64,000 nucleotides of DNA from Gemmatimonadaceae bacterium (GCA_051859245.1 JBHYGA010000001.1:1565722-1629721), one strand, 5' to 3'. Shown: positions 29,980 to 41,574, counted from the stretch's first letter. Notes: generated by a model from the sequence alone, not told the origin. Made by a program: numbers and translations.

Positions 29980-31071
29980 ATGTCGTCCCGCAACGCGCGC
30001 GCCAACAATCGGCTCGACACGGGACTGTTGCTCGCGTGTTGTGTCTTCTCCGTTCTGGCGCTGGTTCTACCGGAGCGCATCGGCGCGCCGCTCTCTGACG
30101 GCATCCGTCGCACGGTGCTTGCACCGCTCGTTGGGGCGCAGCGCCAATCGGAAACGCTGCGCGCCGCAATCGTCAAACGCGATGACGATTTGTTGCTGCG
30201 CGGCAAGGCGGCCGCGCAGGTTGCCACGGCACCGGAACTCGCCAGCGAAAACGACGCACTGCGTCGCATGCTCGGACTCGCGGGTCGGTTGCGAGATGGA
30301 TTTGTGGTCGCCGATGCGTTTCATCCAGCTGGTCTGACAGACGACTTCACGCTCACGATTGCGGCGGGTAGCAACGCCGGTGTGCAGCGTTACACGCCCG
30401 TTGTGACGGCTGACGGACTGGTTGGTATGGTGGAGTCCATCGACGCGACGCGAAGTCTCGCCATCACCTGGGCGCACCCGGACTTCAGTGTGAGCGCGAT
30501 CAGTGCCGACGAATCGGCGTTTGGAATTGTGAAGCCGCATCTCGTGAACGGACCGGAACGCTATCTGCTCGAGCTGCGTGGTGTGCCGTTTCGTGCATCG
30601 CTCGATTCCGGAACGCTCATTGTGAGTTCAGGACTCGGTGCGACATATCCGCGCGGCATTGCGATCGGCACGGTGATCAGCGAGATCCCGACGACCGAGC
30701 GCTGGGCGCGCACGTATTTGCTGAAGCCGAGTGTGTTGCCGAATACGTTGTCCGCCGTGGTGTTGTTGTTGCCATCGCGTGTGGCATCGGGTGTGTCGGC
30801 TGTGTGGACGAACGTCACATCGGCTGACTCGGCAGCGCGCGCAATTGTTGCGGCCAGCGATTCGGCATCACGCGCGGCGGCGCTCGCCGAATTGTCTGCA
30901 CGAAATCTGGCCATGCAGGCGGCGGCCGATAGCGCGCGAGCCGATTCCATGTTGCTTCCACTCGGAACCGCGCCGGTGGTTCGACCGCCGGTCACGATTC
31001 CGGTGCGACCAACGCTGCCAGGTGATACGGTGCGTCGCCCGCCGGTGATCCCGCCGGAGGGCACGCGATGA
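29980..31071 (+). CDS. mreC: Rod shape-determining protein MreC
   Basis: N-terminal TM, ENDALRRML, GLVGMV, SSGLGATYPRGIAIG; synteny. Confidence 0.92.
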   Translation: MSSRNARANNRLDTGLLLACCVFSVLALVLPERIGAPLSDGIRRTVLAPLVGAQRQSETLRAAIVKRDDDLLLRGKAAAQVATAPELASENDALRRMLGLAGRLRDGFVVADAFHPAGLTDDFTLTIAAGSNAGVQRYTPVVTADGLVGMVESIDATRSLAITWAHPDFSVSAISADESAFGIVKPHLVNGPERYLLELRGVPFRASLDSGTLIVSSGLGATYPRGIAIGTVISEIPTTERWARTYLLKPSVLPNTLSAVVLLLPSRVASGVSAVWTNVTSADSAARAIVAASDSASRAAALAELSARNLAMQAAADSARADSMLLPLGTAPVVRPPVTIPVRPTLPGDTVRRPPVIPPEGTR

Positions 31072-31571
31072 ATCCGTGGAGCATGTTGCGTGCAAGCGCC
31101 GTGTTTTTGCTGCTTGTGGCCGCGCACTTCTCGTTGCGGCCTTTGATTGGCGGCCCTGCGCCGATTGATTTTCTGTCGCTGGCCGTGCTGTTCGCCGCCG
31201 TGCGCGTACGCCCGGGCGCTGCAGCGGTGATTGGCATGCTGGCAGGCTTCGGTGCCGACTCGCTCGCCCTGTCGGGCTTTGGCACGTCGGCATTGGCGTT
31301 CACCGCGGTTGCCTTCGGTGCCTCGTGGCTCAAGGCTGTGTTCTTTGCGGACAATCTTGGACTCACCGCGCTGTTTATTCTGCTGGGCAAGTGGGCGTTT
31401 GATGTGCTCTACGTGCTCATCAGCGGTGGTGTCCCTGATGGACAGGTGCTCGTTCAGTTGTTGTTGTGGTCACCGCTCGCCGCTGCACTGACCGCACTGG
31501 TTGGTGTCATGCTGCTCGTGTTGGCGCGACCAGTATTTGGTACGCGTCGCGCCACGCGACGTTCACGGTAG
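31068..31571 (+). CDS. mreD: Rod shape-determining protein MreD
   Basis: Hydrophobic 167-aa protein between mreC and mrdA. Confidence 0.85.
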   Translation: MNPWSMLRASAVFLLLVAAHFSLRPLIGGPAPIDFLSLAVLFAAVRVRPGAAAVIGMLAGFGADSLALSGFGTSALAFTAVAFGASWLKAVFFADNLGLTALFILLGKWAFDVLYVLISGGVPDGQVLVQLLLWSPLAAALTALVGVMLLVLARPVFGTRRATRRSR

Positions 31572-31625
31572 CGGTGATCGTATGCGTTTCTGCGGTTGTT
31601 GTACGCTGCGTTCACGGAGGTGTGT

Positions 31626-33407
31626 ATGAGTTACCATCCGAATGAAGTGGCGCGACGCGCGCGTGCGGCGCGTGCCGTCGTCGCGCTTGTTCTGGCTGCA
31701 CTCGGGCTGGGATTCTTTCGCGCGCAGGTGTTGCGGAGCAATGAGTATGCGATGCAAGTGGACGGCCAGCGATTGCGCGAAGTGCCGCTCGCGGCGCCGC
31801 GTGGCATCATCTATGATCGCAACGGCGAAATTGTCGCCGAGAATTTGCCTGGCTACACCGTCTCCCTGTTGAGCCCAACGGTCGATTCGTTGAACTCGGC
31901 GCTCGATGCGTTGAGCAAGGTGATTCCGATTGACCGCGTGCAGCGCAATCTTGTGATGCGCCGGTTTGAGCGTGCGAGAAACCGACCAGCCGTGATTTTT
32001 AATGATGCGTCGTTCGAAGTCGTCTCGGCACTCGAAGAGCGCCGCATTGATTTTCCGGGGCTCATCATCCAGAGCAGTCCGAAGCGGTACTATCCGGACG
32101 GTGAAGCGATCGCGGCGATCATTGGCTACACCAACGAGATCAACGATCAGGATTTGCTCCTCCCGGAGTTTGAAGCAACGTACAAGGCTGGGCAGCAAAT
32201 CGGGCGCGCCGGACTCGAGCGCAAATACGAATCACGACTGCGTGGTATTGAGGGCAGTCACTTCGTTGAAGTCGACGCGCGTGGACGTGTCGTGCGCGAG
32301 CAGGGCGTTCGTGATGACATTCCGCCCAAGCCGCCTGAAGCGCTTCGCAGCACGCTCGACATGGATCTCCAGCGTTTCATTCATGAGACGTATGGCGACT
32401 CATTGCGCGGTGCAGTGGTTGCATTGGATCCCACATCCGGTGGCGTCTTGGCGCTGTACAGTGGTCCCACGTTTGACGCGAACCGATTTACTGGCGGCGT
32501 TGCGGCCAGCTACTACAATCAACTGAATACCGATCCCGCGCGGCCCATGTATAACAAGGCCGTGCAAGGCGCGTATGAGCCAGCGTCCACGTGGAAACTG
32601 GCAACGTCAATCATTGCCATGGAGCAGGGGTTGGCCGAGATCGGCACGCGTATGGAGGTACCGTGCACGGGCGGCTATCAGTTCGGCAATCGCCGTTTCA
32701 AATGCTGGAAGCCCGAGGGGCACGGCAATGTCACGCTCGCACAAGCCATCGCAAACTCATGCGATGTGTATTTCTACCAGCTCGGACTCAAGATTGGGCT
32801 CAAGAATCTTGTCGCGGGTGGTGTGCGGCTGGGGTCCGGTGATCGAACCGGTATTGATCTGCCAAGTGAGACTCGGTCGTCCTTCCCGGACACCAACGTC
32901 ACGCGCTACTACAACGAAAAATACGGCGCACGCGGCTGGAGTAACGCCGTCATTCTCAACCTGAGCATCGGGCAGGGCGAGAACGCCCAGACGGTGATCA
33001 ACATGGCGCGCTTCTATACCGCGCTTGCCACAGATGGCGCTGCCGCGCCACCACACCTCATCGAAACAAACGTCGAGCGCAAACAACTGTTCAACTTGCG
33101 TCCCGAACAGTTGGAGGCGTTGCGGGCCGCCATGGCCGACGTCGTGTCTGGACGCGGCACGGCCGGAAGCGCGGCGCTGCAGGGCATTGTTGTTGCCGGA
33201 AAAACGGGCACCGCGCAGAACCCGCCGAATCCGGACCACGCCTGGTTCGTGGGGTTCGCGCCGTACGAGAAGCCAAAAATTGTGGTCGCCGTCTTCCTGG
33301 AGTACGGACTGCATGGCTACGCGGCGGCGCGCATCGCAACCAAGGTCATGGAGCGGTATCTCAATGTGTCACTGGTGAATGCGTCGGCCACTACAGCGGC
33401 GCAGTAA
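31626..33407 (+). CDS. mrdA: Penicillin-binding protein 2
   Basis: APRGIIYDRNG, STWK (SxxK), SCD, KTGTAQ, HAWF. Confidence 0.95.
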   Translation: MSYHPNEVARRARAARAVVALVLAALGLGFFRAQVLRSNEYAMQVDGQRLREVPLAAPRGIIYDRNGEIVAENLPGYTVSLLSPTVDSLNSALDALSKVIPIDRVQRNLVMRRFERARNRPAVIFNDASFEVVSALEERRIDFPGLIIQSSPKRYYPDGEAIAAIIGYTNEINDQDLLLPEFEATYKAGQQIGRAGLERKYESRLRGIEGSHFVEVDARGRVVREQGVRDDIPPKPPEALRSTLDMDLQRFIHETYGDSLRGAVVALDPTSGGVLALYSGPTFDANRFTGGVAASYYNQLNTDPARPMYNKAVQGAYEPASTWKLATSIIAMEQGLAEIGTRMEVPCTGGYQFGNRRFKCWKPEGHGNVTLAQAIANSCDVYFYQLGLKIGLKNLVAGGVRLGSGDRTGIDLPSETRSSFPDTNVTRYYNEKYGARGWSNAVILNLSIGQGENAQTVINMARFYTALATDGAAAPPHLIETNVERKQLFNLRPEQLEALRAAMADVVSGRGTAGSAALQGIVVAGKTGTAQNPPNPDHAWFVGFAPYEKPKIVVAVFLEYGLHGYAAARIATKVMERYLNVSLVNASATTAAQ

Positions 33408-33436
33408 GTCGTGGCGAACTCGTGGTGTAACGCCGA

Positions 33437-34699
33437 ATGAATCGTCGGATCTCTCGAACCACCGGGATTGACTACCCGCTGCTGGTGCTGGCGCTGCTGC
33501 TGTCCGCGTTCGGCGTGGCCATGGTGTACTCGGCCGGTCAGGTAGACATCGCCGCCGCCGCCGTGCAGTCGCTGTGGAAGAAGCAGCTGGTATGGCTATC
33601 GATTGGGCTGCTTGCGACCTGGGTCATCTCCAAGTCGTCAGTGCGGCTGATCGAATGGAGTGCGTGGCCGGTGTACGCGCTCTCCATCGGTTTGCTGTTG
33701 TTCACCGCACTGTTCGGTTCCGGAGCTGGCACGGCCGAGAGCACGAGTGGTTGGCTGACCATTGGCGGCGTGCGGCTCGGTCAGCCTGCGGAGTTGGCGA
33801 AAGTCTCAGTGGTGTTGATGCTCGCCAAAGTGCTTTCGAGCATGCGCAACACGCCGCGATCGTTGCTTGATCTCTGGGTTCCGTTGCTCGTGGTTGCGGT
33901 ACCGTGGTTGCTGATTCTGGCGCAGCGAGACCTCGGCACGGCCATTGTGTACATCGGCATCTGTTTCGTGATGTTGTTCTGGGCCGGCGCACCCTGGCAG
34001 CTCCTGATCATGCTGGCGAGTCCGGGTGTCAGTCTGGTGCTGGCGTTCAGCACGGGGGTGTGGGGAGCCTGGTTTCTGATCCTGCTGGCGCTGGTGTTCT
34101 GGTACCGCCCGTATCTGGTGGAGGGCGTACTGCTCGTCGTGGTGAATGTGGTAATGGGCGTGGTCGCGCCGCTGGTCTGGGATCGCATGGAGCCCTATCG
34201 ACAGCGTCGTTTGCTCGTGTTCCTGGATCCCCAGTACGACCCCAAAAACGCCGGCTATCAGGTGTTGCAGTCGCAGTACGCCATTGGATCTGGCGGCATC
34301 ACCGGGAAGGGCTACACGCTCGGGACACAAAAACGCCTCGGGTTTTTGCCCGAACACGAAACCGACTTCATCTTCGCGGTGGTTGGCGAAGAGCTGGGTT
34401 TTATCGGGGTTACGATCGCGCTGTCACTGTTCCTCGCTCTCTTCTACCGTTGCACGCGCGTCGCCCAGCGTGGCAATGAAGCGTTCAGCGGGTTGGTCGC
34501 GATCGGGCTTGCGGCCGGTTGGTTCGTGCACGTTGTTGTGAATGTGGGCATGACGCTGAACCTCATGCCGATTACCGGAATTCCGCTGCCGTTCTTCAGC
34601 TACGGCGGCTCCTTCATGCTCATGTGCTGGCTCTCGGTGGCGTTGCTGCTGCGCATCTCGTCCGAGGGTCGCGGCCAGGCCGACGGCCTTGGACTGTAG
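33437..34699 (+). CDS. rodA: SEDS glycosyltransferase RodA
   Basis: QPAELAK, DLGT, PEHETDFIFAVVGEELG, GIPLPFFSYGGS. Confidence 0.95.
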   Translation: MNRRISRTTGIDYPLLVLALLLSAFGVAMVYSAGQVDIAAAAVQSLWKKQLVWLSIGLLATWVISKSSVRLIEWSAWPVYALSIGLLLFTALFGSGAGTAESTSGWLTIGGVRLGQPAELAKVSVVLMLAKVLSSMRNTPRSLLDLWVPLLVVAVPWLLILAQRDLGTAIVYIGICFVMLFWAGAPWQLLIMLASPGVSLVLAFSTGVWGAWFLILLALVFWYRPYLVEGVLLVVVNVVMGVVAPLVWDRMEPYRQRRLLVFLDPQYDPKNAGYQVLQSQYAIGSGGITGKGYTLGTQKRLGFLPEHETDFIFAVVGEELGFIGVTIALSLFLALFYRCTRVAQRGNEAFSGLVAIGLAAGWFVHVVVNVGMTLNLMPITGIPLPFFSYGGSFMLMCWLSVALLLRISSEGRGQADGLGL

Positions 34700-34745
34700 A
34701 GCTCGGCACTAGCCTTCAACGCGCCAGCTGCTGATCTTACGACCT

Positions 34746-35609
34746 ATGGCTTGGTTCAGAAAAGAGAAAAAGCCGCGGCAGCCGCCGCGTGAACGCCTCG
34801 AAATCCCCCGCGATACGTGGGAGAAGTGTGAGGCCTGTGGGCACACGGATATTCGCGACAAGTTTCTGCGAAACTTCAACGTGTGTCCGGAATGTGATTT
34901 TCACCGTCGCTTTCGCGCTCACGACTACGCCGGGATGCTGCTCGATGATGGCTCCCAGATCGAAGTCGGGATGGAGCTGCGATCCGTCGATCCGCTTGGT
35001 TTTCCCGACTATCCCAACCGCCTCAAGCGCGCGCTCGCGAATGCAGGGGACGGCGACGCCATTCTGACCGTGGCCGGAACGCTTGAGGGCATGCCCGTCG
35101 GGCTTGGCGTCATGGACTTCGCGTTCATGGGTGGCTCGATGGGCAGCGTCGTTGGCGAAAAGATCGCGCGCCTAGGACAGCGCTGTCTCGAACGCAAACA
35201 TCCGTTGGTCATCATGTCTGCGTCGGGCGGCGCGCGCATGCAGGAAGGCGTGCTGTCGCTGATGCAAATGGCCAAAGCGTCGGCGGTGCTGTCGCAGTTG
35301 GCGGAACGACGCATTCCGTACATCAGCGTACTCACGAATCCCACCACCGGCGGTGTGAGCGCGAGCTTCGCCATGCTTGGTGATGCGATCGTTGCGGAAC
35401 CGGGCGCAGTGATCGGCTTTGCCGGTCCGCGCGTGATCAAGCAAACGCTGGGGCAGGATTTGCCCGAGGGATTTCAGACGGCCGAGTTTCTGCTGGATCA
35501 TGGCATGGTGGACCGCGTGGTGCATCGCAAGCAGCTCCGCGAAACGCTGTCGCGCCTGATGCGCCATATGTCGGGCCGTCCGGCAGCTGCTGGGTACGAC
35601 GAAGCCTGA
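34746..35609 (+). CDS. accD: Acetyl-CoA carboxylase carboxyltransferase beta
   Basis: CEAC...CPEC zinc finger, FMGGSMG, SGGARMQEG, PTTGGVSAS. Confidence 0.97.
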   Translation: MAWFRKEKKPRQPPRERLEIPRDTWEKCEACGHTDIRDKFLRNFNVCPECDFHRRFRAHDYAGMLLDDGSQIEVGMELRSVDPLGFPDYPNRLKRALANAGDGDAILTVAGTLEGMPVGLGVMDFAFMGGSMGSVVGEKIARLGQRCLERKHPLVIMSASGGARMQEGVLSLMQMAKASAVLSQLAERRIPYISVLTNPTTGGVSASFAMLGDAIVAEPGAVIGFAGPRVIKQTLGQDLPEGFQTAEFLLDHGMVDRVVHRKQLRETLSRLMRHMSGRPAAAGYDEA

Positions 35610-35641
35610 CCCACGATCCGCTTTCACCGTCACCGCGCGGC

Positions 35642-36943
35642 GTGGCACTGCCGCCCGGTGCACCGGATGACTACCAGCGTGCGCTACGCGCGCTCTTTGC
35701 GCGAACCACGGGCGTCTGGCGTCTCGGCCTCGAGCGTGTTGGCGAGTTCCTGCGGCGAGTCGGCGATCCGCATCGCACGTATCCCGTATTTCACGTTGCG
35801 GGTACCAACGGCAAGGGCAGTGTGGTTACCACGCTGGACGCGTTGCTGCGGCACGCGGGGTATCGCGTGGGGCGCTATACGTCGCCACACCTCGTGGACT
35901 TTCGCGAGCGCATAGTGGTGAACGGCGTGCCAATGCCGCCCGCCGAAATCGTGCGATGGCTCGACGAAAAGGCGCCGCTCGTTGAAGAGCTTGGAGCCAC
36001 GTTTTTCGAAGTCACCACGGCGATGGCGTTTGATTGGTTCGCGCGCGCCGGCGTTGACGTGGCGGTGATCGAAGTGGGGCTTGGCGGTCGGCTCGACGCG
36101 ACCAACGTTGTGCAGCCAGTGTGCGCGGGTGTCACCTCCATTGGCATTGATCACCAGGAGTTTCTTGGAGACACGCTCACGCAGGTGGCGCTAGAAAAGG
36201 CGGGTATTTACAAGCCGGGGGCAGCAGCGGTTGTGGGCGACTCGCAGCTGCTCGTGAGCGAGACGCTGCGACAGGCTGCGCTCGGCGCTGGTGCATCACC
36301 ACTGCTGGCCGCTGGTCAGGACTGGGACGTAAGCGAGGTATCGGTGGCAGCCGACGGCACGCGCTTCACGCTGCACGGACTCTTTGACGAGCCTCGGCGT
36401 GTCCATACGGCGCTCGTGGGCACGTATCAGGCCGAAAACGCGTGTACAGCCCTCGCCATGCTCAAGGCAGCAGGAGCGCCCTGGAGTGCCGCCCTGAGTG
36501 CTGTAGACGAGGTCTTACCGACCGTGCGGCTCGAGGGGCGCTTCCAGCGCGTTGGCGCTTGGATTTTTGATGTGGCGCACAACCCGGATGGCGCACACAC
36601 CATCGGGCAGACGTTGGCGCTCACGCCCGTGCCGCGGCCGCTGCTGGCCCTTGTCACCGTACTGCGAGACAAGGATTGGCGCGGCATTCTGCGCGAGTTG
36701 GCGCCCGCGGTGGACGGTTTTGTCATCAGCAATGCGCCTACGGCGCCCGCGAGCCGACGCTGGGACGCCAATGAGGCGGCGGAATACGCGCGCGCACTCG
36801 GGCGCCCAGTGTTTCTGGAGCCTGATTTTGACGCGGCAATGGCGCTCGCGACTCGCCAGGCGTCGACCGTGCTCGCCACCGGCTCATTCCACACGGTGGG
36901 CGACGTGATGGAGCGCTTGCCGGTGGATCCTCTCGCTCAATAG
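35642..36943 (+). CDS. folC: Folylpolyglutamate/dihydrofolate synthase
   Basis: HVAGTNGKGS, YTSPHL, EVGLGGRLDATN, DVAHNPDG. Confidence 0.95.
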   Translation: MALPPGAPDDYQRALRALFARTTGVWRLGLERVGEFLRRVGDPHRTYPVFHVAGTNGKGSVVTTLDALLRHAGYRVGRYTSPHLVDFRERIVVNGVPMPPAEIVRWLDEKAPLVEELGATFFEVTTAMAFDWFARAGVDVAVIEVGLGGRLDATNVVQPVCAGVTSIGIDHQEFLGDTLTQVALEKAGIYKPGAAAVVGDSQLLVSETLRQAALGAGASPLLAAGQDWDVSEVSVAADGTRFTLHGLFDEPRRVHTALVGTYQAENACTALAMLKAAGAPWSAALSAVDEVLPTVRLEGRFQRVGAWIFDVAHNPDGAHTIGQTLALTPVPRPLLALVTVLRDKDWRGILRELAPAVDGFVISNAPTAPASRRWDANEAAEYARALGRPVFLEPDFDAAMALATRQASTVLATGSFHTVGDVMERLPVDPLAQ

Positions 36944-36952
36944 CTTGCAGAG

Positions 36953-38284
36953 ATGCCCCCTAAAGCCCTGCCCGGATTCAGAGACTTCTATCCGGCCGAG
37001 TTCGCCGTTCGGGCCCACATTCTTGACACCTGGCGCCGCATCGTGCGGCGTTATGCGTTCATGGAGTACGATGGGCCACCACTCGAACCACTCGAGCTGT
37101 ACACGCAGAAGAGTGGTGACGAGATCGTCGGGCAGCTCTACTCGTTCGAAGACAAAGGTGGTCGCGCTGTCGCGATGCGTCCCGAGATGACGCCCACGTT
37201 CGCACGCATGGTGGCCGCGCGCGCGCAGGCGCTCCGCAAACCGGTGCGCTGGTTTTCCGTACCACAACTCTTTCGCTACGAGCGCCAACAGAAGGGGCGC
37301 TTGCGTGAACACTTTCAGCTGAACGTGGACATCGTTGGTGAAGCCGACGTGTTGGCGGATGCCGAGTTGCTGTCGGTAGCGATTCAGATTTGTTGTGCGT
37401 TCGGGCTGGATCGCACCGACTTTTACGCGCGCGTTTCTGATCGCCGACTGCTCAACGCGTTGCTGGCGAATCTAGGGATCGACGCCGATGCCTGGCCCGC
37501 GGTGTACGCGGTGCTCGACAAGCTGGAGCGTCAACCGCGCGATGTCTCGTCGGAAAAACTTGCGGCGGCGGGGCTGAGCGAGAACGCACGCGAGACCGTA
37601 CTGGGCTTTGGCGACTTTGACTCCGTTGACGCGTTGCGTGCGCGCTTTGGTGATTCGCCCGATGTCGCGGTGCATCTTGATCGCTTCGCCGAGTACGCCG
37701 CGCATTTACACGCCCTCGGTGTGGGCGAGTACTTGCGACTGGACCTCACCATTGTGCGCGGACTCGCGTACTACACGGGCATCGTGTTCGAACTGTTCGA
37801 TGCGCAGGGTGAGTTTCGTGCCATCTGCGGTGGTGGTCGTTATGACAATCTGCTGAACGCGCTGGGTGGTGTGGATTTGCCGGCGCTGGGCTTTGGTATG
37901 GGCGATGTCGTGCTGGGCGAGTTGCTCAAGGCGCGCGGCAAGCTGCAGGAGGTAGGCGTGCCGTCGCCCGACGTATGGATCATCCCGTCGGAGGAAACAA
38001 GCGTCGCGCATGTGTTGCAGGCGGCGAGCGTCCTGCGCAGCGCCGAGTTGAGTGTTGAGTATGTGCTCAGCGGCGACAAGCTGCACAGCCGAAAGGCTGG
38101 CGCGCAGCTCAAGGACGCGCAGAAAGCAGGCGCACGCATCGCCCTGGTGTTTCGTGATCGTGTGCATGCTGAAGTCATGGCGCTCGGCAGTGAAAGTGCA
38201 GGTGAGCGTGCAGTTGTGAATACCGATGGCTGGACGGCTTCCTCGGCTGACCTGTCATCGATTCTGTCATTGCTTGGTCGCTAA
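36953..38284 (+). CDS. hisS: Histidine--tRNA ligase
   Basis: MRPEMT, FRYERQQKGRLREHFQ, VRGLAYYTG, GGGRYD. Confidence 0.96.
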   Translation: MPPKALPGFRDFYPAEFAVRAHILDTWRRIVRRYAFMEYDGPPLEPLELYTQKSGDEIVGQLYSFEDKGGRAVAMRPEMTPTFARMVAARAQALRKPVRWFSVPQLFRYERQQKGRLREHFQLNVDIVGEADVLADAELLSVAIQICCAFGLDRTDFYARVSDRRLLNALLANLGIDADAWPAVYAVLDKLERQPRDVSSEKLAAAGLSENARETVLGFGDFDSVDALRARFGDSPDVAVHLDRFAEYAAHLHALGVGEYLRLDLTIVRGLAYYTGIVFELFDAQGEFRAICGGGRYDNLLNALGGVDLPALGFGMGDVVLGELLKARGKLQEVGVPSPDVWIIPSEETSVAHVLQAASVLRSAELSVEYVLSGDKLHSRKAGAQLKDAQKAGARIALVFRDRVHAEVMALGSESAGERAVVNTDGWTASSADLSSILSLLGR

Positions 38285-38317
38285 GGCGACCGGCGTTCTC
38301 TTTCGTACCAGACTGTT

Positions 38318-39787
38318 ATGGCCGACGACAAAAAGCTCACCACCCGCGCTGATGATTTCAGCGCGTGGTACAACGAACTCGTGTTGCGCGCCGAACTGGC
38401 CGACTACTCGCCGGTGCGCGGATGCATGGTCATTCGCCCGCTCGGTTACGGCGTCTGGGAGCGCATGCAGCGCGCGCTCGACGACATGTTCAAAGCCACC
38501 GGGCACGTGAACGCGTATTTCCCGCTGTTCATTCCGGAAAGCTTCATGAGCAAGGAAGCGGAGCATGTGGAAGGCTTCGCACCGGAATGCGCCGTAGTCA
38601 CGCATGGCGGCGGCAAGCAGCTCGAAGAGCGGTTGGTGGTGCGCCCCACGTCAGAGACGATCATCTACTCGATGTTTGCCAAGTGGGTGCAGAGCTATCG
38701 CGACTTGCCGTTGCTCTACAATCAGTGGGCGAACGTGGTGCGCTGGGAAATGCGTACGCGCTTGTTCCTGCGCACCATGGAGTTTCTCTGGCAGGAAGGG
38801 CACACGGCGCACGCCACGCACGAAGAGGCCGAAGAAGAAGCGCGAAAAATGCTCGGCGTGTACCGCACGTTCATGGAAGAGTACATCGCCATGCCCGTGA
38901 TCACCGGACAAAAGACGGATGCTGAGAAGTTTGCCGGTGCGCTGCGCACGTATTCCTGCGAAGCCATGATGCAGGACAACAAGGCGCTGCAAGCGGGCAC
39001 CTCGCACAATCTCGGGCAGAACTTTGCCAAGGCATTTGATCTTTCGTTTCAGACTGAAACCGGTGAGCAGGCGTTTGCCTGGAACACCAGCTGGGGCGTG
39101 AGTACGCGTATGGTGGGCGGCATGGTCATGACGCACGGAGATGACGCCGGACTGCGCTTGCCGCCGCGCCTCGCGCCGATTCAGGTGGTGATTGTACCCA
39201 TCTGGAAAACGGATGAAGAGCGTACGGCAACGGTAGAGAAAGCCCGCGCGATCGCTGAAGAACTCGGCAGCTTCAAGAAGCATGAGCACGAGCGGATCCG
39301 CATGCATGTGGATGATCGTGTTGGCATCAAGCCTGGCGCCAAGTACTACCACTGGGAGTTGCGCGGTATTCCCATTCGCCTTGAAATCGGGCCCCGCGAT
39401 CTGCTCGCGAACTCGTGCATGCTGGTGCGACGCGATACGCGCGAGAAAGTCTCGGTGTCCATCGATTCGCTGGCCACGGAGTTGCCCGCGCGTCTTGAAG
39501 CGATGCAGGGGGAAATGCTGGCCGCCGCACGCGCGCGCATGGAAGCCAACTCCATTCGTGAACGCATTTCGTACGACAAGTTCAAGGAAGTGATGGAAGG
39601 CGACGGCGCCTTTGTGTATGCGGGCTGGTGCGGCGATCCGGCGGTGGAAGCGCAGGTGAAAGCCGAAACCAAAGCCACGATTCGCTGCATTCCCGATCCG
39701 GAGTTTCGATCGGCGGAAGCTCCAACCACATGCATGGTGACCGGTCGTCCGGCGGTTGCTGAGGTGTTATGGGCGAAAGCGTACTGA
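38318..39787 (+). CDS. proS: Proline--tRNA ligase (archaeal/eukaryotic type)
   Basis: [43 protein letters not shown]-terminal AKAY. Confidence 0.97.
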   Translation: MADDKKLTTRADDFSAWYNELVLRAELADYSPVRGCMVIRPLGYGVWERMQRALDDMFKATGHVNAYFPLFIPESFMSKEAEHVEGFAPECAVVTHGGGKQLEERLVVRPTSETIIYSMFAKWVQSYRDLPLLYNQWANVVRWEMRTRLFLRTMEFLWQEGHTAHATHEEAEEEARKMLGVYRTFMEEYIAMPVITGQKTDAEKFAGALRTYSCEAMMQDNKALQAGTSHNLGQNFAKAFDLSFQTETGEQAFAWNTSWGVSTRMVGGMVMTHGDDAGLRLPPRLAPIQVVIVPIWKTDEERTATVEKARAIAEELGSFKKHEHERIRMHVDDRVGIKPGAKYYHWELRGIPIRLEIGPRDLLANSCMLVRRDTREKVSVSIDSLATELPARLEAMQGEMLAAARARMEANSIRERISYDKFKEVMEGDGAFVYAGWCGDPAVEAQVKAETKATIRCIPDPEFRSAEAPTTCMVTGRPAVAEVLWAKAY

Positions 39788-41064
39788 CGTCAGGATTTTC
39801 GCGCGTGGATGGCGCCATGTTCGTGGAAGGCGTGCCACTCGAGCGAATCGCGGAAGCGGTGGGCACGCCCACCTACGTGTACAGTGCCGGCCGCATTCGT
39901 GAACAGTATCGCCGACTCGAGTCGGCGCTGATGGCCGCGCTGCCTGACGTGTCGCATCGCATTCACTTCAGCGTAAAAGCGAACTCGAACCTCGCCGTGC
40001 TCCGCACGTTACAGGAGCTGGGCGCGGGTGTCGACATCGTGTCGGCGGGCGAGCTGTTTCGAGCTCGCGAGGCGGGGTTTGGTGGCGCTGATGTTGTGTT
40101 CAGCGGCGTTGGCAAAACAGCGGATGAACTGGCGCAGGCGCTGTCATCGCAGGTGCTGTTCATCAATGTGGAATCAGAAGGCGAACTCTTGCTTGTGGAG
40201 CAGGTGGCCGCTGAACACGGGGTGATCGCGCCGGTCACACTGCGCGTGAATCCCGAAGTCACGGTGGAGAGCCCGCACGAATACATCCGCACGGGAGAAA
40301 AGGGCCACAAGTTTGGTATTCCCTACGATGATGCCGAACACGTGGCGCTGCTCGCGCATTCGCTGCCGCATGTCAAACTTGTTGGTCTCGACATGCACAT
40401 CGGCTCGCAGATCGCCGCCTGGGATCCGTACGCAAGCGCGCTGACACGACTGAAAACGCTGCTTGCGTCGCTGCGCGCGCAGGGTGTGACCACCCTCAAG
40501 TGGCTCGACATTGGAGGTGGACTCGCGGTCACGTATGACGACGAAGCACCTGCCGATGTGGAGCGGTTTGCTCGTGGAGTGGCCGAGGCGGTGCGCGGAC
40601 TTGATGTATCGGTGGTGCTGGAGCCCGGTCGCTTTCTCGTTGCCGAGTCGGGCGTCTTGTTGGCGCGTGTTCTCTACCGAAAGCGCAGCGGTGGCAAGGA
40701 GTACATCATCACCGACGCGGGCATGAACGATCTCGTGCGTCCGTCACACTATCAGGCGTATCATCGCATCGACGCCGTGCATGACATCGACGAACGCGTC
40801 GTGGCGGACGTTGTTGGGCCCGTGTGCGAGTCCGGTGACTTTCTCGCCTTGGCGCGCGATATGCCGGCGGTTGAACCCGGTGATTTGCTCGCGGTGCAAA
40901 CGGCGGGCGCGTACGGCTTTGTGATGTCGTCAAACTACAACTCTCGCCCCAAGCCTGCGGAAGTGCTCGTAGATGGGGATCGCTTCGCTGTAGCCACTGA
41001 GCGTGAGCGTCTCGAAGACCTGGTGCGGCTGGAACGGGCGCACCTCCAATGGAGGAGTGCCTGA
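39769..41064 (+). CDS. lysA: Diaminopimelate decarboxylase
   Basis: [32 protein letters not shown]...SNYNSRP. Confidence 0.96.
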   Translation: MGESVLTSGFSRVDGAMFVEGVPLERIAEAVGTPTYVYSAGRIREQYRRLESALMAALPDVSHRIHFSVKANSNLAVLRTLQELGAGVDIVSAGELFRAREAGFGGADVVFSGVGKTADELAQALSSQVLFINVESEGELLLVEQVAAEHGVIAPVTLRVNPEVTVESPHEYIRTGEKGHKFGIPYDDAEHVALLAHSLPHVKLVGLDMHIGSQIAAWDPYASALTRLKTLLASLRAQGVTTLKWLDIGGGLAVTYDDEAPADVERFARGVAEAVRGLDVSVVLEPGRFLVAESGVLLARVLYRKRSGGKEYIITDAGMNDLVRPSHYQAYHRIDAVHDIDERVVADVVGPVCESGDFLALARDMPAVEPGDLLAVQTAGAYGFVMSSNYNSRPKPAEVLVDGDRFAVATERERLEDLVRLERAHLQWRSA

Positions 41065-41574
41065 GTGAAAATCGGCCTGTTGTCAGATAGTCATGATCGC
41101 GTTCCGGCAGTGCGGGCGCTTGTTGAGCGCATGCTGGCGGAGGGCGTGGCGGTTGTGATTCATGCGGGCGATTGGTGCGCCCCGTTCACGCTCAAGGCGA
41201 TGCAGGATTTGCAGGTACCACTGCTCGGTGTCTTCGGCCGGAACGACGGCGATCCCGAAGGATTGCGGGCCGCGGCGCAGGCCGCACTCGGCGCTGAACT
41301 GTACGAATCACCGCACAGCTTTGAGTTTGGCGGCCAGCAGATTCTCGTGGTGCACGACATCAACGACGTGCACGAACGATCGCTCGCTCAACATCAGGTT
41401 GTGGTGCACGGATTTACGCACGTTGCCGAAATGAAAACACGCGGTGACACGATCATTGTGAATCCCGGTGAAGCGTGCGGCTGGGTGCACGGCGAACCGA
41501 GCGGTGCCATTCTCGACCTCTCCACCAAGGCCGTGGAGTTCATCAAGCTCACCGGACCGGAGTGGAAGTTCTGA
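41065..41574 (+). CDS. YfcE/MJ0936-like metallophosphoesterase with degenerate metal motifs
   Basis: SDSHD, HAGD and NPGE present; GRND and HGFTH replace the usual GNxD and GHTH. Confidence 0.85.
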   Translation: MKIGLLSDSHDRVPAVRALVERMLAEGVAVVIHAGDWCAPFTLKAMQDLQVPLLGVFGRNDGDPEGLRAAAQAALGAELYESPHSFEFGGQQILVVHDINDVHERSLAQHQVVVHGFTHVAEMKTRGDTIIVNPGEACGWVHGEPSGAILDLSTKAVEFIKLTGPEWKF

